DNA of 32,000 bases from Formosa sp. Hel1_33_131 (GTDB lineage: Bacteria > Bacteroidota > Bacteroidia > Flavobacteriales > Flavobacteriaceae): assembly GCF_001735745.1 (NCBI RefSeq), contig NZ_CP017260.1:1980001-2012000 (forward strand), written 5' to 3'. The position numbers were made by a program, and so were the translations under genes. This document shows positions 30,276 to 32,000 of the stretch, piece after piece (position 1 is the stretch's first letter; each line of letters begins with the position of its first letter). A model generated the notes under the pieces. That model searched no databases. It was not told where the DNA came from and worked only from the letters and a program-made list of their open reading frames with translations.

Positions 30276-32000
30276 TTATTTATTTAAATCTATTAGGGAT
30301 GTAGCACCCGTTTGTATTTTTATATCGGTTCCAAGACGTTGCAAATATGCTATCAATGCGACCACTTCACGGTTGCGCATTTCAATAAAATCTTCATCAT
30401 TTTGTTGTGCATATTTCTTGTCCGCTTCATAGGTTTTTGCAAAATCGGGATCGTTGTATAAATTTCGCTCTATTTCAGTGCCTTGTTCTAGCATCCATTG
30501 TTGAGCCCCTTCTATTTCTTCTTCTGTATATGGAACCCCAAGTGAGACCATCGCTTCCATTTTCGCTTCCGTATCGCTTTTATCTAATTCACTATTAATA
30601 AGCCATTTATAAGCGGGCATAATAGAACCTGATGAGGTCGTTTGTGGGTCGTAGAAATGGTTCAAATGCCAGTTGTCACTGTATTTCCCACCGATACGTA
30701 AGAGGTCAGGCCCCGTCCGTTTGCTTCCCCAAAGAAAGGGGTGGTCGTACACAAACTCGCCCGCTTTGGCATATTCGCCATAGCGTTCGACTTCACTTCT
30801 GAAAGGACGTACCATTTGAGAGTGACAGCCCACACAACCCTCTCGGATATAAATATCTCGACCTTCTAACTCTAAAGGTGTATAAGGTTTAACACTCGAA
30901 ATTACAGGGATGTAATCATCCACAATTAAGGAAGGTATGATTTGTACTACCCCACCAATGAGAATGGCGATGGTTGCAAAAATGGTTAATTTCACAGGGC
31001 GTCTTTCCAACCAAGTGTGGTACGCTTCTTTTGAAGTTCGCTTCTTCGTGACTTTTTGAAGTGATGCTGCTTCGGCAAGTTCATCGGTGACTTTAGAGCC
31101 TGCTCTAGCGGTTTTTATAATATTGTAAACACCTATTAACGCGCCTACAATAAACATGGTACCGCCAATAGCTCGCATCCAATACATTGGAATGATTTCC
31201 GTGACTGTTTCTAAAAAATTACCATACGTAAGCGTTCCATCTGGATTGAATTGTTTCCACATAGAAGCCTGAATAAATCCTGCCACATACATTGGTAAAG
31301 CGTACATAATAATTCCTAACGTCCCGATCCAAAAATGCCAGTTCGCAAGTTTGGTGGACCACAGTGTTGTTTTGAATAATTTGGGAACCATCCAATAAAC
31401 CATTCCAAATATTAAGAAGCCGTTCCATGCCAATGCTCCCACATGAACGTGTGCAATCACCCAATCGCTAAAGTGCGCAATAGCGTTTACATTTTTAAGA
31501 GAGAGCATCGGCCCTTCAAAAGTGGCCATTCCATAGCCAGTGATGGCAACCACCATAAATTTTAAAACAGGATCGGTACGGACTTTGTCCCACGCCCCTC
31601 GCAAGGTGAGGAGTCCATTAATCATCCCACCCCAAGACGGCGCAATTAGCATGATTGAAAAAGCAACCCCAAGGTTTTGTGCCCAATCGGGTAGGGTAGA
31701 ATAGAGAAGGTGATGGGGTCCTGCCCATATATAAATGAATATTAAGGACCAGAAGTGAACGATGGATAATTTATAGGAATATACAGGTCTGTTGGCAGCC
31801 TTCGGTACAAAATAATACATCAATCCAAGAAATGGGGTGGTTAAAAAGAATGCCACCGCATTGTGTCCATACCACCATTGTACCAACGCATCTTGTACGC
31901 CCGCATACATCGAATAACTTTTGAGCGCACTGACAGGAATCTCCATACTGTTAACGATGTGTAATACGGCAACCGTTACAAAGGTTCCTAAATAAAACCA
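30276..32000 (-). CDS. ccoNO: Fused cbb3-type cytochrome c oxidase subunits I+II (CcoNO), 3' portion; the gene continues past the right edge
   Basis: Heme-copper oxidase TM core with conserved His residues and a C-terminal CVGCH mono-heme domain. The frame stays open upstream of the tracked Met (…WFYLGTFVTVAVLHIVNSMEIP). Confidence 0.9.
   Translation of the reverse strand, partial: WFYLGTFVTVAVLHIVNSMEIPVSALKSYSMYAGVQDALVQWWYGHNAVAFFLTTPFLGLMYYFVPKAANRPVYSYKLSIVHFWSLIFIYIWAGPHHLLYSTLPDWAQNLGVAFSIMLIAPSWGGMINGLLTLRGAWDKVRTDPVLKFMVVAITGYGMATFEGPMLSLKNVNAIAHFSDWVIAHVHVGALAWNGFLIFGMVYWMVPKLFKTTLWSTKLANWHFWIGTLGIIMYALPMYVAGFIQASMWKQFNPDGTLTYGNFLETVTEIIPMYWMRAIGGTMFIVGALIGVYNIIKTARAGSKVTDELAEAASLQKVTKKRTSKEAYHTWLERRPVKLTIFATIAILIGGVVQIIPSLIVDDYIPVISSVKPYTPLELEGRDIYIREGCVGCHSQMVRPFRSEVERYGEYAKAGEFVYDHPFLWGSKRTGPDLLRIGGKYSDNWHLNHFYDPQTTSSGSIMPAYKWLINSELDKSDTEAKMEAMVSLGVPYTEEEIEGAQQWMLEQGTEIERNLYNDPDFAKTYEADKKYAQQNDEDFIEMRNREVVALIAYLQRLGTDIKIQTGATSLIDLNK

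Noticed and set aside
26271-31464. Short ORFs overlapping host cco genes on either strand (e.g. 26271..26504, 27670..28177, 31219..31464)
   Set aside because: They are shadow frames inside well-supported membrane or redox protein genes.

Overview
AT-rich, Bacteroidota/Flavobacteriia-like chromosome. This is inferred from TAnnTTTG -7 boxes, the absence of Shine-Dalgarno-type leaders, and a fused ccoNO gene. Positions 1 to about 22,100 are the right-hand part of a tailed-phage prophage, almost entirely on the minus strand. In transcription order it carries: a cro-like gene, a LuxR-type regulator, a chain of small genes, an 1151-aa primase/P-loop protein, about 5 kb of small early genes, a 630-bp non-coding iteron region, head genes (S49 protease-scaffold, capsid), a ParB-like nuclease, small and large terminase, and a partial putative portal that runs off the left edge. 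A CI-like repressor operon diverges on the plus strand at 21,111. Positions 22,100-25,100 hold repeat scars, an AAA+/PD-(D/E)xK (DUF4143-type) ATPase, and a second, decayed copy of the same switch module. Host genes follow: galE (25,154-26,182) and the cbb3 oxidase cluster (26,207-32,000, minus strand, ccoNO partial). I saw no tRNA, rRNA, CRISPR array or integrase. The most unusual signals are at the DNA level: a six-fold fixed-geometry late-promoter cassette, a triplicated 71-bp element carrying a conserved mini-ORF, a dense GGCC cluster, a perfect 189-bp direct repeat, and the duplicated switch modules flanking the ATPase. All coordinates, counts and alignments were done by hand from the sequence, and all functional calls are motif-level inferences.
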